NCBI RefSeq assembly: GCF_004010195.1
Contig: NC_057718.1
Coordinates: 47,621,556 to 47,685,555 of the forward strand
Source of the DNA: Chiloscyllium plagiosum
Taxonomy: Eukaryota
Direction of reading: 5' to 3'
Length of the DNA: 64,000 nucleotides
In this document: positions 1-14,524 of the stretch, one piece after another
Numbering within the stretch: the first letter of the stretch is position 1
Layout: each line of letters begins with the position of its first letter
Program-made: the position numbers and the translations under genes
The notes under the pieces: model-generated
Seen by the model: only the letters and a program-made list of their open reading frames with translations
What the model was told of the DNA's origin: nothing
The model's database searches: none

Positions 1-234
1 TCACCACAGTTATTGAATTGTTTTAACAATGCACTGCAGTAAAGTAATTTGAGATGATGAAAAACACGAGGCATCAAATAAACGTGAGACTTCATATTTA
101 TTGATGGTTGTGGAACTACTGATAGTGAAGTACTAGAAACAGAGATGAGTAACAGTCTTACTTGACTCATACAAACCTCTAAGCAGAGAGGCTTAACATT
201 ATCGGTTTGCCATTAAATTTAAAAGATAACTTAC

Positions 235-294
235 CTTCCAAGTATCTCCAACAGTTCTGCAACTCCATTAAAGTGGTCAGTTTCATATATGAAC
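235..294 (-). CDS. PPP2R5A: B56-alpha coding exon 6 (60 bp)
   Basis: tttcttcag|G ... AG|gtaagt. Encodes (R)[19 protein letters not shown](S); phase matches exon 5. Confidence 0.95.
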
Positions 295-1323
295 CTGAAG
301 AAATTATTGTTGGAAAATATTACTCCGTACTATAAGAACAGGTCCCAAAGAAACTATGAATGAACAATATAATAGAAATAGATTTTAATTAGCCTTTTTT
401 GCTTATATAAACCTTTGTGTCAGCTGAAGTTACATTCTGACTCTCTCAACATACATTCTGACTATCCAGGAAGACTTATATGGAAAACTTATGCAACATT
501 TAAACAACAATGCATATTGAAATTTGACAGATAAACAGATCAATGATAGTTAAAATATCTAAATATTAGCCATTTGAGCTACTAAGTATGTCTGAATTGA
601 TTCTGCGTAAGATGCCAGTAATGCTACAACACAACGAATAAGCTTTCAGAAACTTGAGCAATTTGGCTGGAATAAATGAATAAGGTTTTGGGAAGTAAGT
701 AGAAAAGCAAATTTGTCAGAAAATTTTAGCAAGCACAAGAAGTGATAATGTGGGAATTCCATCACTCCAGAATAGATTCTGAAAACAAGAGGAGTGCATA
801 AAGCACAGTGTGTTTATGGAGAGTGGGTATGTGGAGGGAAGGTAGACTGCAGGAGGGAGGGAGAGAAAAGGAAGGGCTAGTTATTTACAAGTTAGAAATA
901 TATGACTTGGAAGGGAATTTTAAAGGTAGCGATGTTCCCCACCTATTCTCGGTTTTCATTCTTCTCGGTCACTTATAGCGGAAGTCTGGAAAGCTGCTCA
1001 AGAAGCCATGGCAACAGCTGCACTGCACCTTGTAAATCATATGTATTATCCTCATGCTTTGTTTTGAAGGATAAAGTTGCTTTGATAGTGTCAAGCTTCT
1101 TTAATGTTGTTAAGATTGCACTCATCTGGGTAAGTCAAGAATATTCCAATACTCCCATCACGTCTGGTAGATGATGGAAAGGCTTTAGACAGACAGTCAG
1201 TTAGTTTACTAGTCACAGAATCCCCTGCTTCTGACCTCATCTTTGAATGACAACACTAGCATTGCTGGTCAGGTTAATTTCTTGGTTAACATCAAATCTA
1301 AGATGTTGATGGTGGGATGTTGA

Positions 1324-1988
1324 TGTCAATATGCGGATAATATGGCTTTCAGAGATGTATTTTGTCCAGTTTTATTTTGTGGAGAGTTATTTTGAGTCAG
1401 ACGTAGTGAGTTATCTCTTTCAAGCCAACAAACTGAACAGCTTGTGAGGCCCCGGTGTTTAAAAAAAAAACTTAGAACAATAAAAGTAGCATTAATGGGT
1501 GGAGTCAGGCTCCCACAGCAGCAGAGTTTTTGTTCAGCTTTCAGTAGTGGTTGGGATTTTGAAGTTGGCTGTGGGAGCTGCTATACATTTCTCTCAGCCA
1601 CAGCAGAAAGCTGGAGTTTGTTCTCTCTGCCAGAATCTTCTATTGCTGTTCTTTTCTCTTGGACTGGAAAAACACAACACAAGACAATTTATTTTACTGA
1701 AGTTATCTTTGTAAAGAGTGTGTTATGGGATGTTACTATACTGGAGCACTTACTGTTTAGCAGTTAAATAATCTATTATTCTGTTAAGTTTTCCAATAGA
1801 GTTATACCAATTCTTCTTTCTTTTGTTTGTGTTTTAACTGAGTGTAAGAATAAAGTGTTTTACTGAAAGCCAATGTGACTAGTCGAATGAGATCTGGAAC
1901 ACAGCATCTTACACTTGCCTTTAAATAAAATAAAAGTTGGGTCGAGGCTATCTCCTTGATACATTTGAAGGAAGTTTGATCCATAACA
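1324..1988 (+). mobile_element. Probable solo LTR inserted into an old CR1-like fragment
   Basis: Ends ...ccataaca, has AATAAA near 1848 and 1924, and interrupts LINE-like sequence that resumes at 1989. The 5' boundary is approximate. Confidence 0.55.
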
Positions 1989-3772
1989 GTAATACCAATG
2001 ATTGTCAATGATTTATATTCTCCTAAAGTTATTTACTGCTTGACAGTTGTGCCATACTTATGTTTCATGCCACATATCAGCTCTGTAGGCATAGACAGCA
2101 GTACTGAAGTGGAATTCAATACCTGGAGAGTTATAAATGGAGCAAACATCTTGCAAACATTATCAAGCTTCCTCACTTCTGACCTATGATGAGCTGAAGG
2201 ATAAAGCAGCTTGAGGAAGTTTGCCTTCGGGTTCTACCTCAAGGAAATCCTGCAGGCGAAATAATTGTGCTTCAACAACTACAACCATGTCGTTGGATAT
2301 GAATCTAACCTGTGTCCCCACCAAGACTCCCAGCACCCTGAATTTTAGGAGGGAGACCTGGACCAGGAAGGAAAGTTGAGTGCTCGATTATGGATACACA
2401 GTTGCAGGAGTAGGAGATTGATCTCATTGACAAGATGATTTGAGAGGGCATGAGGGTAAACAGAAAAAAAATGAGAGAAAGAATTCAGAAGAGAAGTATA
2501 GCCTGACAGGAGAGAAGTGGCAGAGGCTGCTGCTGAGATGAAAATGATCTTTGTGAACAGCAAGTCCATGAGTTCCTTGCACTTATTGTTGGAAATGAAG
2601 GCAAAGAAAATATACAACAGGGGTTCAAGGAGATGAGTTGCAATGGAGAAAATAAGCCAGAGGTTATTGCTACATTCCAAATTGAATGGAGCATCAGATC
2701 AAAGTTGTAAATGATATTACTTAATGTACACAATAATAAGGACTATGACAGTCTTTAATCAAGCACACTAAGACAGGTGAAATTTAACATAAAAGTTTAC
2801 AGTGTTGCATTTTGGCAAAGATGATTGAGGAGAGGCACAGACTAAAATCATACCATGTGAAGTGAAAGCAGAAACAAACAACCCTGCAGGTATATGTACG
2901 TAGGTCTTTGAAGGTGGCAGCTAGGCTATAAAATTGAGTGAGTACAAGTAGCTTGTTTTCTGCTTTCATGGAATGGGAGAGTCACTGACAAGGCTAGCAT
3001 TTGTTGCCCATCCCAACTGCTCATGACCTGAATGTGTTGTTAGGTTGTTTCAGAGAGGAGAGAACAGTCAACATTATGGGGATGGTAATCAAGAATCACA
3101 TAATCCAGATGAGGAAAGAAGCAAGATTTCCTTCCCGAAAGTACAGTTCTTTACCCTCATGAGTTTTTGCAACAACTGTTGATAATTTCATGGTCACCAT
3201 TATGGATACTACCTTTTGAATTCCAGATTTTGCGAACCAAATTTAAATATCACCAGTGACCTTTGAATGCATGACTTGAATCCATGTCATCATACTGTTA
3301 TATCTGCAAGCCATAATATGGTGGTTTATTTTCCTTTTGTTACTATAAGGGATATCAAACAGCAGGTAGAAAAACCCCTGGAAAGGAAATGTGAGCAACC
3401 AGACATGTGACATAATTGATCTGATCTGCCTGTAACACCAGACCCATAGCAATTGCTCTGAACTGTCCTTTAAAATTTCCTAGCAAGCCATTCAGTTTGA
3501 TTGCAGTCACAGATGGGCGGACAAATGCTGACATTGTCAGTGACACCACATCGCAGGAAAGAATACAGTATCAAAAGGACAGTGTTAAGATACAGGACAA
3601 TTTCTGACTAAAGACTTCACTGACTTGAGGCATACTACATTTATGTCTATGGAACATTTATTAAAAATAAATATACCTCACATGGTTTTCATTGCCCTTT
3701 AAATCAATTTACGCAGATCATTGCTTCGGGGCAGTTTTCAGCAAACAAAGGAAATCATTTACTACAGATTAC

Positions 3773-3903
3773 CGTAGAAAAATGTTGTTTATCTGTTTCC
3801 TGATGAATGCGCGTAGTCCAAGGAACTTTCCATAAATACGATGCAGAACTGTTTTCAAAAAATCCCGTTCTCGTGGATCCTCACTGTCAAACAACTCCAA
3901 AAG
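3773..3903 (-). CDS. PPP2R5A: B56-alpha coding exon 5 (131 bp)
   Basis: tcttccag|CTT ... CG|gtaatc. Encodes [43 protein letters not shown](R). Read by hand; not in the ORF track. Confidence 0.95.
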
Positions 3904-4689
3904 CTGGAAGAAATTGGTTTGAGAGAAGAAACAAATGCCTTTAGCTGAGAGGTATTTACTAGCTAGAAAATCTTATCTTAATGGACCTTTTAGGTTAGCA
4001 GAATTTGTTTGATTTTACAGTACTAAAAATTTATAGTTCTATTTTGATTTGAAGCAAGATTGTTTCTTAATGTTGTTTTTAATCGATTAGTTATGCACAA
4101 GTTTATTCTGCTGCTCCACAGCTGAAGAATACATAACATATGAAAGTTACTCTTTAAAAATTGCAATAATTGAATAAATCTGTAAATATGCTATCATTAC
4201 ATAGTTAAGTAATGGACCTTTGAAACAAAATATAAACATTTCCAATATGCATTTAGTGCCAACGTAATTTTGCTTCCTTCATGACTAATACAAGATTTTA
4301 CAATGCATAAATAACATTGGAGAACTGCAAAGTGACTCACTCACGTATGGTAGTAAGGACACGTTACTTATTTTTCTCAATTACAAGATATGAATTGCTG
4401 ATGTAACTGAATGAACCTGTTCTTAACTGCTGCTCTACATGTTCAATTTAGGTATCAATTTAGGTTCAATTTAGCTTAACAATTATTGTTTGGTAGTAAC
4501 CTGATTTATCAAGTTTAAGAGATACATGTATAATGACACAAGTACATGTTCAGAATTACAAGAGAATATTTGTTTAACCCTTGGGTGATAGTAAAGTAGA
4601 GTAGAGAGTCAAATCATGAAAAACAGGTGATGAACACATTACTGAAATGGGAACATGGCCATAAGCACAGCTCATCAGGGAGAGACAGT

Positions 4690-5105
4690 AGCATCACTGG
4701 CAAGCAATATATTAGCCTCATTACAAAAATATTTGTGTTCAAATATAGGAATGCCTTGCTGTTGTTACACAGGGCCTTGTTGAGGCCATATCTGGAGAAT
4801 TGAGTATACTGTGTTGTGGTCTCCCGACCCAAGAAATGACATAGTTGCAACACAGCAGTTTCACGAGGCTGGAACCGGAGATGGCAGGACTGTCCTATAT
4901 GGAGAGACTGGTTTGAGACTGGGCCTGTACTGATCAATTTAGAAGGATGAGAGGGGATTTGATTAACAAGTATAAACTTCTAACAGGGCTAGAAAGACGA
5001 AAGGAAGGGAGGATTTTTTTCCAGAATTGGGATGTCTTGAACAAGGGGACACGGGTACTTGATACAGGGTAGAATTAAGATAAGAACATATTTCTTGACT
5101 CAAGG
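4690..5105 (+). mobile_element. Degenerate CR1 LINE 3' fragment
   Basis: Resembles the ORF2 C-terminal part (aggccatatctggagaattg; agaaggatgagaggggatttgat) of other CR1 copies here. Confidence 0.6.
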
Positions 5106-7184
5106 AAAAGCATACTTAAAATATTCTTTCCTCTCCTGAGGGCTGCTCTTCAGAATTTAACAATTACTGCATTGAGTTTTGAGGCCTTTTTTGTTTCTTT
5201 ATTGCAGGTGGAGTGCGGGGTGGGGGGAATGTGGGTGGGCAGCATAGTTTCTCTCTAAATCTGTCAACACAGTTTATCATTGTGAACACCTGTTATCAAA
5301 TAACCTCAGTACTTTAAGGGCCCCAGTTTTCCATTGTAGGAATCATCCTCAAGCTGTTGCATATTCTCTAATCTGCAGTGGTCATTCATCTTCTCTTTGA
5401 CCACTTGGTGAAGCTTATTATGTTTGGCTGTACGGCAGTAACAATGAAATGAAGAGTGTTTTCTGACTGCATTTGCCTGAGAAAACTGGAATCTCTGGAA
5501 AAATAAGACAAGCAACTTTTGGATTTTTATTCTTTCTATTAGGTTCATTGTAGAGAGAGTGAAGTTGTTACTCTTCTTGATGCGTCCAGTTATTGTTGCG
5601 AAAAAAGGTTATGTTGAATTCCATGAAAAACATTCAACAGTTAAGAAGGTTGCACGATAAAGGCAAACCAGCAAAGCCTCAGTGCTGTCATGAGTCTGGA
5701 GTTACACTGGCTGATCTCATGCGCTGCAGTCAGTTGGACAGAATAACTACATTCTTAACATAGGGAGGAGGAAAGTCAAACAAAGTCCCCATTAGTTTGG
5801 AAGTAGGACAAGGCCAAGGTGTCCATTGTTAAACTGCCTGAGATAATTAATATTTCATTTGAGAGGCAAGAGGTAGAAAAATAAGGTCTTCAAAGGAACA
5901 GCATGTGTCAGAAACCAACTACAAGTCACATTTAAAAGAAAATTTAATATACCTTTGTGAGATGTTATTTCTAAGACTTGGATACATTTTTAGATTTTTG
6001 TGATCATTATGAACAAATATGATATCAGAAAAGTTTCACTTTCTTTCCTCTTCCTGATCAAAATATTTCAAATCAATTTCAGCAACCTAACTCAACAGCA
6101 TCCATCAAGATCATATCCTTCTTCAGTATTCATCCATGTACTAAATCTGCAATTTGCTCATAAGGTCATCAATACTTTTCTTGTTCCTGCCAAGAATGCT
6201 TGAAGGGGTAAAAGCCATATTTGTTTCTAAAATTATTTTGTGAAAATGAAAAACACTTATTTCTGGCACTCGCACATATATGGAAAAATACAGAAATACA
6301 GAAGTCGGTGCCCAATTAATTTAGCTTGTCCACAACATATGTAGTACAACATGGAGATTTCTCCAAAATATGCTGTATTGAAATACATGTAAGCGTGAGA
6401 ATTTGCAAGAATTTCCCCTTAATTCATCAATGACACCCACTTCTTCTTCCAGACATCCTTAGTGATTTTTACTGAATCAAGGCTGTGAATTTTGTTTAAA
6501 CTATGGGTAGGGTGACAAGCTCAGTGTCTACCCCAGTCAAAACAAGGATTAAACTCCAGGCTGTTGGTCTTAATCTGATCCACACAATAGCTGCCTAGCC
6601 AAATAAGCTACCCAGATAACCACTAAAGATACATAAAAATAGTCAGCCTTATCAATTTCAGTATGTGAATTTTTAATGGAATAAGTCATAATTCCTGCCA
6701 AACAACCTCTCTCCACTAATTTTTGAACAAACGCACACAAGTTAGGGGTCACATTCTGACAGATTCAGCTAGTTTTGGACATGTTTATTTACATTTAAAA
6801 ACTCTCTATAAATTTATTTCTTTCTGAATCTTTCATTTCCCTCTTCTAATCCTTTGTTTCCCTCTATTTTCAGGATATGATTAATATTTAACTTAATATT
6901 CTAACAGACACTTTCTAGTTCAGGAGTCACAGAAATTCTTCCATGTGATTGGTTGTCTTGTTCATATACGACCCCCGATCCTTTGTGGAGGTAGCTGCAA
7001 TATTTCAGAGACCTGTTGACTAAATGTTTCTGCTCAAAAACCCATAAAGCTTTTTGGGTAGCTATAAGCATAATAAATAGCAAGTGCTGTTCTTTCACTC
7101 TGACTATAATACCCAGGCGATAACAATAAACATTTTAAAGTGAAGGTTGGTGGTGGAATGACAAACAAAGTTTGAAGTACTCAC

Positions 7185-7277
7185 CTGCAGTACAAATTTC
7201 TGATCAATGAACCTTTTTGCAATACTAGGTTGGAAGTCTGGGCATTCCAGAAACCGCAAAAAAAATTCATATACAAG
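7185..7277 (-). CDS. PPP2R5A: B56-alpha coding exon 4 (93 bp)
   Basis: tttgtttaaag|CTT ... CAG|gtgagt. Encodes [31 protein letters not shown]. Confidence 0.95.
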
Positions 7278-9454
7278 CTTTAAACAAAGAAGGAAGTGAC
7301 AATTAACAGGAATAATCACATTGGGTATCTGCATAAAAAATATTTATTTCACGTACAACTAAAACTTGATAGTTTTATTAGCTCCTTACTTTCTGCTGAT
7401 TCTTTCCAAAAGGAAAATGATTCTTTACTGTAATTTCCCCAACCCCTGTTCTCAGATGTTCAATAACCCCTCAATATTTTCCCAAGCAGCTGATTCAACC
7501 TACAGAGACTGTGTGTTTCAGATTATTGATGTGAATCTGTGTTGCAAGAGACCAAACAATAACATTACAATCAATAGCAGGATCAGCAATATTGAATTGT
7601 GTGTGTTGTGATTTTGCAAAAACTCTGATAAACATTTTAAAAATAGAACATGACAGCTATTTCTGCTTCATGTCATCTTTTCAATGGGTGCAATTTATTT
7701 TAATGGATAATTTAAATAACAAATTACAAAATCTTCCATGTACACTAATATTATATCCCTACATTAGCAGAGAAAACTGTCGGCAACATGAAATAGGGTG
7801 GAAGGACACAGAAAAGCAAAGCTATCCACAGAAACATAAGAGAAGCAACAAAGGTGAGCGAGAAGAGAATCAGTTTTGAAAGGGACTCCCTGTCTTCTTC
7901 ACCAAGGTCAGTTTTTATTTTCAGTTAGTGGGGGAGAGAATGGTGAATGAAAAGTATTTGCCATCACAATTTTTCATAGCGAGGGAGAGGGAAAAAAAAA
8001 ACCTCTCTTCATAACTGAGGTGGTGGTCAAGGGCAAACATGACATTTCAGTTTTAACAGCAGAGAAAGATGTGGGGGGTGGGGTTGGGGAAAAGGAGGAA
8101 GAGGAGGAGGAGGAGGAGCGTGGATTTCAACAGCAAAGACACCGGTGGAAGGTGGTGGGGCAGGAAGGCTTGAAGTTTTGTAGTCTGCATCTTGGCTGCA
8201 CTTTGCAGCCAATATCAGGAGGAGTGTTCTGTTATAGTTCAAGATGTTACCAAACATCACTTTGTCTGGGGTGCTTTTTGGAAGAAGTCTCATTTCGGGG
8301 TGAGAGTTATGCTGATGAAAATTTCAAGCTTGGTAATGTACAACTAGTAGGGCAATTTGATATTTTGTTTCTTTTCAATATAATTATGCAAAGTATATGC
8401 TTCACTTAATCTAATACTGTATTGTTCTGTTTAACTGTAACTTATTTAAGTTTTAATAGTTTAATATCATGTGACTGCTCAGCCTCACCTTGACAAAGAA
8501 GTGTATCACAGTAATTTGAACAGAATGAAAATACTAATTAGTTAATTAGGAGATTCTTATTTACTTTATTTCTATTTCAGAGCTACATTGTGAACTTGGA
8601 ATCATCAAGCTCACGAACTCTCACTTCATTAAATCCTTATTGAGTACTTATCAATAAAGCTGGCAAAAAGGAATTTTACTTCAGGAAGGGAGGAACAGAA
8701 AACAGCAGTTGTGTTCTGTTTTTCTAATCAATCAGTTCACAGATATCATTACACAGCTCTGAAGCAGGTGGGACTTGAATCTGGGCTTCCTGGTGCAGAG
8801 GCAAAGACACCACCATTGTGTCATGCAATAGTTTCTTATGTGAGATTGGTTTTAAATTCAGAGTGATTGAGAAGAAAAACAATTTCATTTTGTTAAATAT
8901 TATATTTACTTTGAAATTAACTTTGTAACAATGTGTTTTATGTTTGTAACCATATAATCCTTCAGGCTATCATCATGAAGGAGTATGTTGTGACCGAGGG
9001 TATAACGCACCTATTACGCACGTGCACTTTATATACACTTTGCATTATTTTTTTAAGTACTATCTGCTTTGTATTTTCTTACCTGTTAATTATTACCTGA
9101 TAAAATATTGGTGATGTTAATAACACTAAGAAATTAGTGATCTTTTGTAATATGTTATACAAGTTAAGGTTACAAGGAACTTTTCCGTGTTCGACATTTT
9201 AAAAGTAAAGCGATCCAGGCACACATAACTATAGAGAAAAAAACCACCTAACAAGTCTCTCAAATGTAAAAAAAAACTAATATGTATGTGATTTAATGAG
9301 AAACTTGCGACTATTGAGTCAGTGATCTCACAGTATTAATCATGAGAGATTGACAGCATACATCTCCCTATACTAAACAAACAGATAAAGACAATACCAG
9401 AAGATATTCTTTTTTCTTAGGGTGCTAGTACATGATTATTTGACGCTGCGTCAC

Positions 9455-10068
9455 ATACAGACAAGGTGTTTAGCACACTTGCCTTCATTGTTCAGTCCTT
9501 TGGGTATAGGGGTTGGAAAGTCATGTTGAGGTTCGTGAGGCTTCTTCTGGAATAATGTGTCCAGTTCTGGTCACCAAGTTATAGAAAGGATATTATCAAG
9601 CTGGAGAGGATTCAGAAGAGATTTACCAGGGTGTTGCCAGGTATGGAAGGTTTGATTTATAAAGAAAGGTTCAGACTTTTTTTAACTGGAGCGTAGAAGG
9701 TTGAGACGCAACCTGATGGAAATTTACAAAATGAGAGGTATAGATAGAGTTAATGGTAGTTGTCTTTTCCCTAAGATGGGGGATTTCAAAACTAGGGGGA
9801 ACATTTTTAAGGTGAGAGGAGAGAGATTTAAAAAAGACATGAGGCAAACTTTTTACAAAGAGGGTGGTTCGTGTATGAAATGAACCTCCTGAGGAAGTGG
9901 TGGATGTGGGTAAAATTACAATGTTTAAAAGACATTTGTTTTGAGACATGAATAGGAAAGGTTGGACAGATATGGGCCAGCAGCAGGCAGGTGGGGTGAG
10001 TTTAGTTTAGGATTACGTTTGGCATGGAATGGTTGGACTGAAGGGTCTGTTCCTGTGTTGTATGACTA
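9455..10068 (+). mobile_element. CR1 LINE 3' fragment
   Basis: ORF2 C-terminal remnant (MEIYKMRGIDRVNG..LFP...KTRG) plus 3' tail ggactgaagggtctgttcctgtg. Confidence 0.8.
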
Positions 10069-11234
10069 TGAACCAGGAAGCAAAAACCAAAGTATACCTG
10101 TAAAGTCACCATATGGTTTGACAAGAATTATTGATAATTTATGGGTTAAATTACCTCAAAAGATTAACCATTCATGCAGTGGAAGATAAAGTTTCAGACA
10201 AAAATAAACATTGGGATTTGAGCTTAAATTGCAACGTAAAACTTATAGCAAGGAATTGTCAATTTGATCAGTGGTGAAAGTAAGTGCATGGTGGGGAGAG
10301 AAAGAAAATTCCCAGATCTGAATTATGTTCTCATAGGATTAGGAATTTCAGTTACAGAAATATTATAGTGGTAGGGGCACTGATAGACAGTTATTAGTTC
10401 AGTAATGCAATCCATTGGAAGTTATGAGAGTTGACTGCTGAGTATGCAATACCGCCTGAAGAGGTCAGATGAGGATAAAGACAGACAGGTTAAGGACAGA
10501 GCTTCAAATGCCCTCTTTTCGCAAGATCATTCTCTTCATTGAGTTGAACTGACATGGTTATATACAGTGTAATTTTGGTAGGATAGCAGATACACTGACC
10601 TAAACTCCGAGCTAATAAAGCTGCTTAAATACTACTTCCGCCTTCACAAAAAATCTGTTGCGATGTTTTCAAGAATGATTCAAACGATCAGGAAGCAAAA
10701 ATAAAAAAAATCAACAGAAACAAGCAGTTACTTGAAAAAGATTCTCAAAAATAAAGGGCCAGTATTTCCTTCAAGCTCATCACTAGCCAAGCTCATAAGG
10801 CTGAGAATCATGTAACATATTCTTAGTATCCCATGCAGCTGTACCAGTGTTAAAATTCTGGAGTCATTTATTTATGACATACGAAGAGGTCTTCATCTTT
10901 AACAACAAAGTAGAACTTATTCATTGATAATGGTCCCTGCAATTACCTTTCCCCATCCAATCCACATTAGAAGTAACAGATAACGATGAAACAGTAAAAT
11001 ATCTTGACCTTAAATGTAGTTTTTGGAGGAAACCAACCAATTTTTCCAATTGAGTAGAAGAGTGATTAATGCACAAGTTAGGAACAGTTTGTAGATGTTA
11101 TTAGGACACCATATGTATAGCGAAATTCAAAAAAAATTTCATTTCCTGAATTATCCATAGTACTTGAACACAAACAAGGAATTAAGGAAAAGAAGACATG
11201 TTATAGAAACTACCCAATTTTCCACAATTACTAC

Positions 11235-11336
11235 CTGCATGTGAGGCCATGCCGCTTCTAAAGATGGTTCATCCTCTTCTGGATCAAAATCTGGATTGTC
11301 GCTTGGAGGAAGGGTTCTGAAAATGTTACAGGTAAT
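11235..11336 (-). CDS. PPP2R5A: B56-alpha coding exon 3 (102 bp)
   Basis: ttgttgcag|ATT ... CAG|gtagta. Encodes [34 protein letters not shown], in frame with exon 2. Confidence 0.95.
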
Positions 11337-12349
11337 CTGCAACAAAATTATGAGTTAAGAGATTATTATTATTTAAGGTCAGATTGATGTTATGTTTCAA
11401 CAAAGCTGAAAAATTACTCAATATGTCTCAAAACAAGTGGAACAACCATTTTATTCTAAGGGATTAAGTATAATTCTCATTTGTTTCCCCCCAAATTCCA
11501 AGTAGTACATGAAATTGATTCAAACCACTTAAATTTCTGAAAAGAAAAATCTCAATATCTTATGTTTCTACAACACACTCAGGAACCCAAGGCCCCACGC
11601 ATTATGTGAATGTTTTGAATAAAGTGTGCTTTTCTTTTCAAATTTGACTTAAATGTCAAAAAAAACTGACAAACTTTCATTCTGTTTTGTCAGGAATGTT
11701 ACTGATCTTATTGATGACTTGGCAAGACAAGATAAAAGTGACCAGAATTTTAATTTTAAATGATCTTGTGACTAAATTGCAAGTCGATGAAATGTAAAAA
11801 TGTAATGCAGTTAATAAATGCTGCAACTAGCATCCTAACAAGCTTAAATCTGGCAGCAGCAAACTTATTGGGGTTTATATATCATTGACAAGAAACTGAC
11901 GAATTCCATAAAAATTGTGGTACAGCAGCACATCAATTCTATGGTGAGTAACTCACTTACTGTTGTTTCAATGTACAAGTCAGGAATATGTTGGAATGCG
12001 CTGATTACTGCTGCAAAATACTTGAGAAGCTCAACATCATCCAGATCTAAGCAGACTGCTTGATTTACATCTGATGCATCACCTTAAACATTCACTCTCT
12101 CCACTATCATGCATTGTGGCAGCTGTGCATACCAGTTACAAGATGCAATGAAACAACTCACCGAGGTTCCTTCAATAGCACCATCCAGACCGGTGACCTC
12201 ACCCCACCTACAAATGCATGGGAGTACCACCACCTGCAAGTTCCCCATCAACCACACACAGTCCTGATGTGTTGTTCCTTCACTAGCGTTTGGTCAGAAT
12301 CCTAGAACACCTCCCATAAATACAAGACAATTACAACAACAAGTTTAGA

Positions 12350-13422
12350 TCACACTGAATACAAGGAGAACTAGCCATTTGGATACAGAACTGGCTCGAC
12401 GGTACAGAACAGTTGTGGAGGGTTGCTTTTCAGACTGGAGGCCCGTGACCAATGGCATGCCACAAGGATTGGTGCTGGGTCTACTTTGTTTTGTAATTTA
12501 CATAAATGATTTGGATGTGAACATTGGAGGTATGGCTAGTAAATTTGCAAATGACACCAAAATTGGAAGTATCATGGACAGTGAAGAAGAGTACAAAGGG
12601 ACCTTGATCTTATGGACCAGTGGGACCAAAGGTTAGCAGACGGAGTTGAATTTAGATAAATGCAAAGTGCTGCATTTAAGAAAGGCAATCAGGGCCGGAC
12701 TTATACATTTAATGGGAAGGTCCTGGGAGTGTTGCTGACAAGGAGACCTTGGCGTGCAAGTTCACAGTTCCTTGAAAGTGCAGTCGCAGGTAGATAGGAT
12801 AGTGAAAATGGTGTTTAGTATGTTTACCTTTATTGGTCAGTACATTCAGTATAGGAGTTGAGATGTCATGTTGTGGCTGTAGAGGAGATCAGTTTGGCCA
12901 CTTTTGGAATACTGTATGCAATTCTGGTGTCCCTGCTATAGAAAGGGTGCTGTGAGATTTGAAAGGGTTTAGAAAGATTTATAAGGATGTTGCCAGTGTT
13001 GAGCTCGAGGGAGAGGCTGAATAGACTGGGGCTATTTTCCCTGAATATGGCAGATTGAAGGGTGACCTTATAAAAATTTATAAAATCATGAGGGGCATGG
13101 TTACAGTGAATAGCCAAGGTCTTTTCCCCAAGGTGTGGGTGTCCAAACCTAGAGGGCATAGGTTGAAGGTGAGAGGGCAAAGATTTAAAAGGGACTTAAG
13201 GGGCAACTTTTTCACGTAGAGGATAGTGTGTGTATGGAATAAGCTGCCAGAGGAAGTGGTGGAGGCTGGTACAATTACAACATTTAAAAAGCATCTAGAT
13301 GGGTATATGAATACGAAGAGTTTAGAAAGATATGCGCCAAATGGGACTAGATTTACTTAGACTATCCAGTCGGCATGGACAAAGGGTCTGTTTCCATGCT
13401 TGTGCAGCTCTATGGCTCTATC
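12350..13422 (+). mobile_element. CR1 LINE, 5'-truncated (RT to 3' end)
   Basis: RT motifs GMPQGLVLGLL..YINDLD..SKFANDTK; frameshifted. Confidence 0.88.
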
Positions 13423-14524
13423 TAATAGGAGGTGGATAGTTTACAAATAACCCCATCCCCAATAATTGGGGAACCCAGTACGTCAATGCAAAAGACAAGG
13501 CCAAAGTATTTGCATGAATATGGAGCCAGAGGTGTTGAACGCATGATTTATCTCTTCTTCCTGCTGAGGTCTCAATTTTAAAAATGCCAATCTTTAATAA
13601 GTTGGATTATTCCACATGATATCAAGAAATGGCTGAAAATATTGAATATTGCCAATTAATTGCCATGTTGACTTCATAAATGGCTGAATTTCAGAAGTTA
13701 TACATTAGTTTCAAAGTGCTTAATATGTCCTTAACACTGAAGTCACAATGAAATTCAATAATTTTTCAAAAACTAATCCATTCATGGGATGTGGGACTCT
13801 GGCTAGGCCAACATTTACAGCCCTAAAGAAAATGGTGGGGAGCTGACTCCCTGAACTGCTCTAGTCCTTGGGACTGCTGACTTGTGCTTTCGAGATGGAG
13901 GATAGGCACTGGGGAGAAAGGATGCAAATTACTCACTGCAGATTTCCTAGATTCTAATCCCGTCTTGTAGCCACAATATTTACATGATGAGTCCACGTGT
14001 GTCTGGTTAAGTGTAATCCCCAGGATGTTCATTGTGGGGCACTCAGAGTTGATCATGCCATTGAACAGTCAAGGCACAATGGTCAGATTCTCTCTCTGGA
14101 ATTGGTCATTGTCTGTCATTTGAGAGGCCTGATTGTTGCTTGCCACTTTTTCACTCAAACTTGAAAGTTGCTCATATCTTGCTGCATATGGACATGGATT
14201 GTTTCATTACCTGGGGTATCATGAATGGTACTGACCATTGTGCAATGAACAGACCATAGCTAATGCTATGATGGAGGGAAGGTCCAGCATTGGACATTGC
14301 TATCCTGATTGGCTTCACTGAAAAAAATGGAATCGTGAGGTATTTAGCACAGCTGAGGGTTTGAGCACAGGTAAGCTGAAGCAGTGAGAAAACAGATGTG
14401 GTATGGAAATGAAAGTGGCAAACCTTCTTAATGGAGACATTACTGGAATGGAAGCATTGCTTAAAGTCAAATAGAAAGCAGAGATTGGCAATGGTCAGGG
14501 TCAGGCATAGACAATTTCAGAAGC

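Noticed and set aside
8020..8409. 129-aa ORF with a poly-Glu run
   Set aside because: Produced by a (GAG)n low-complexity tract, antisense within an intron, with no recognisable domain.
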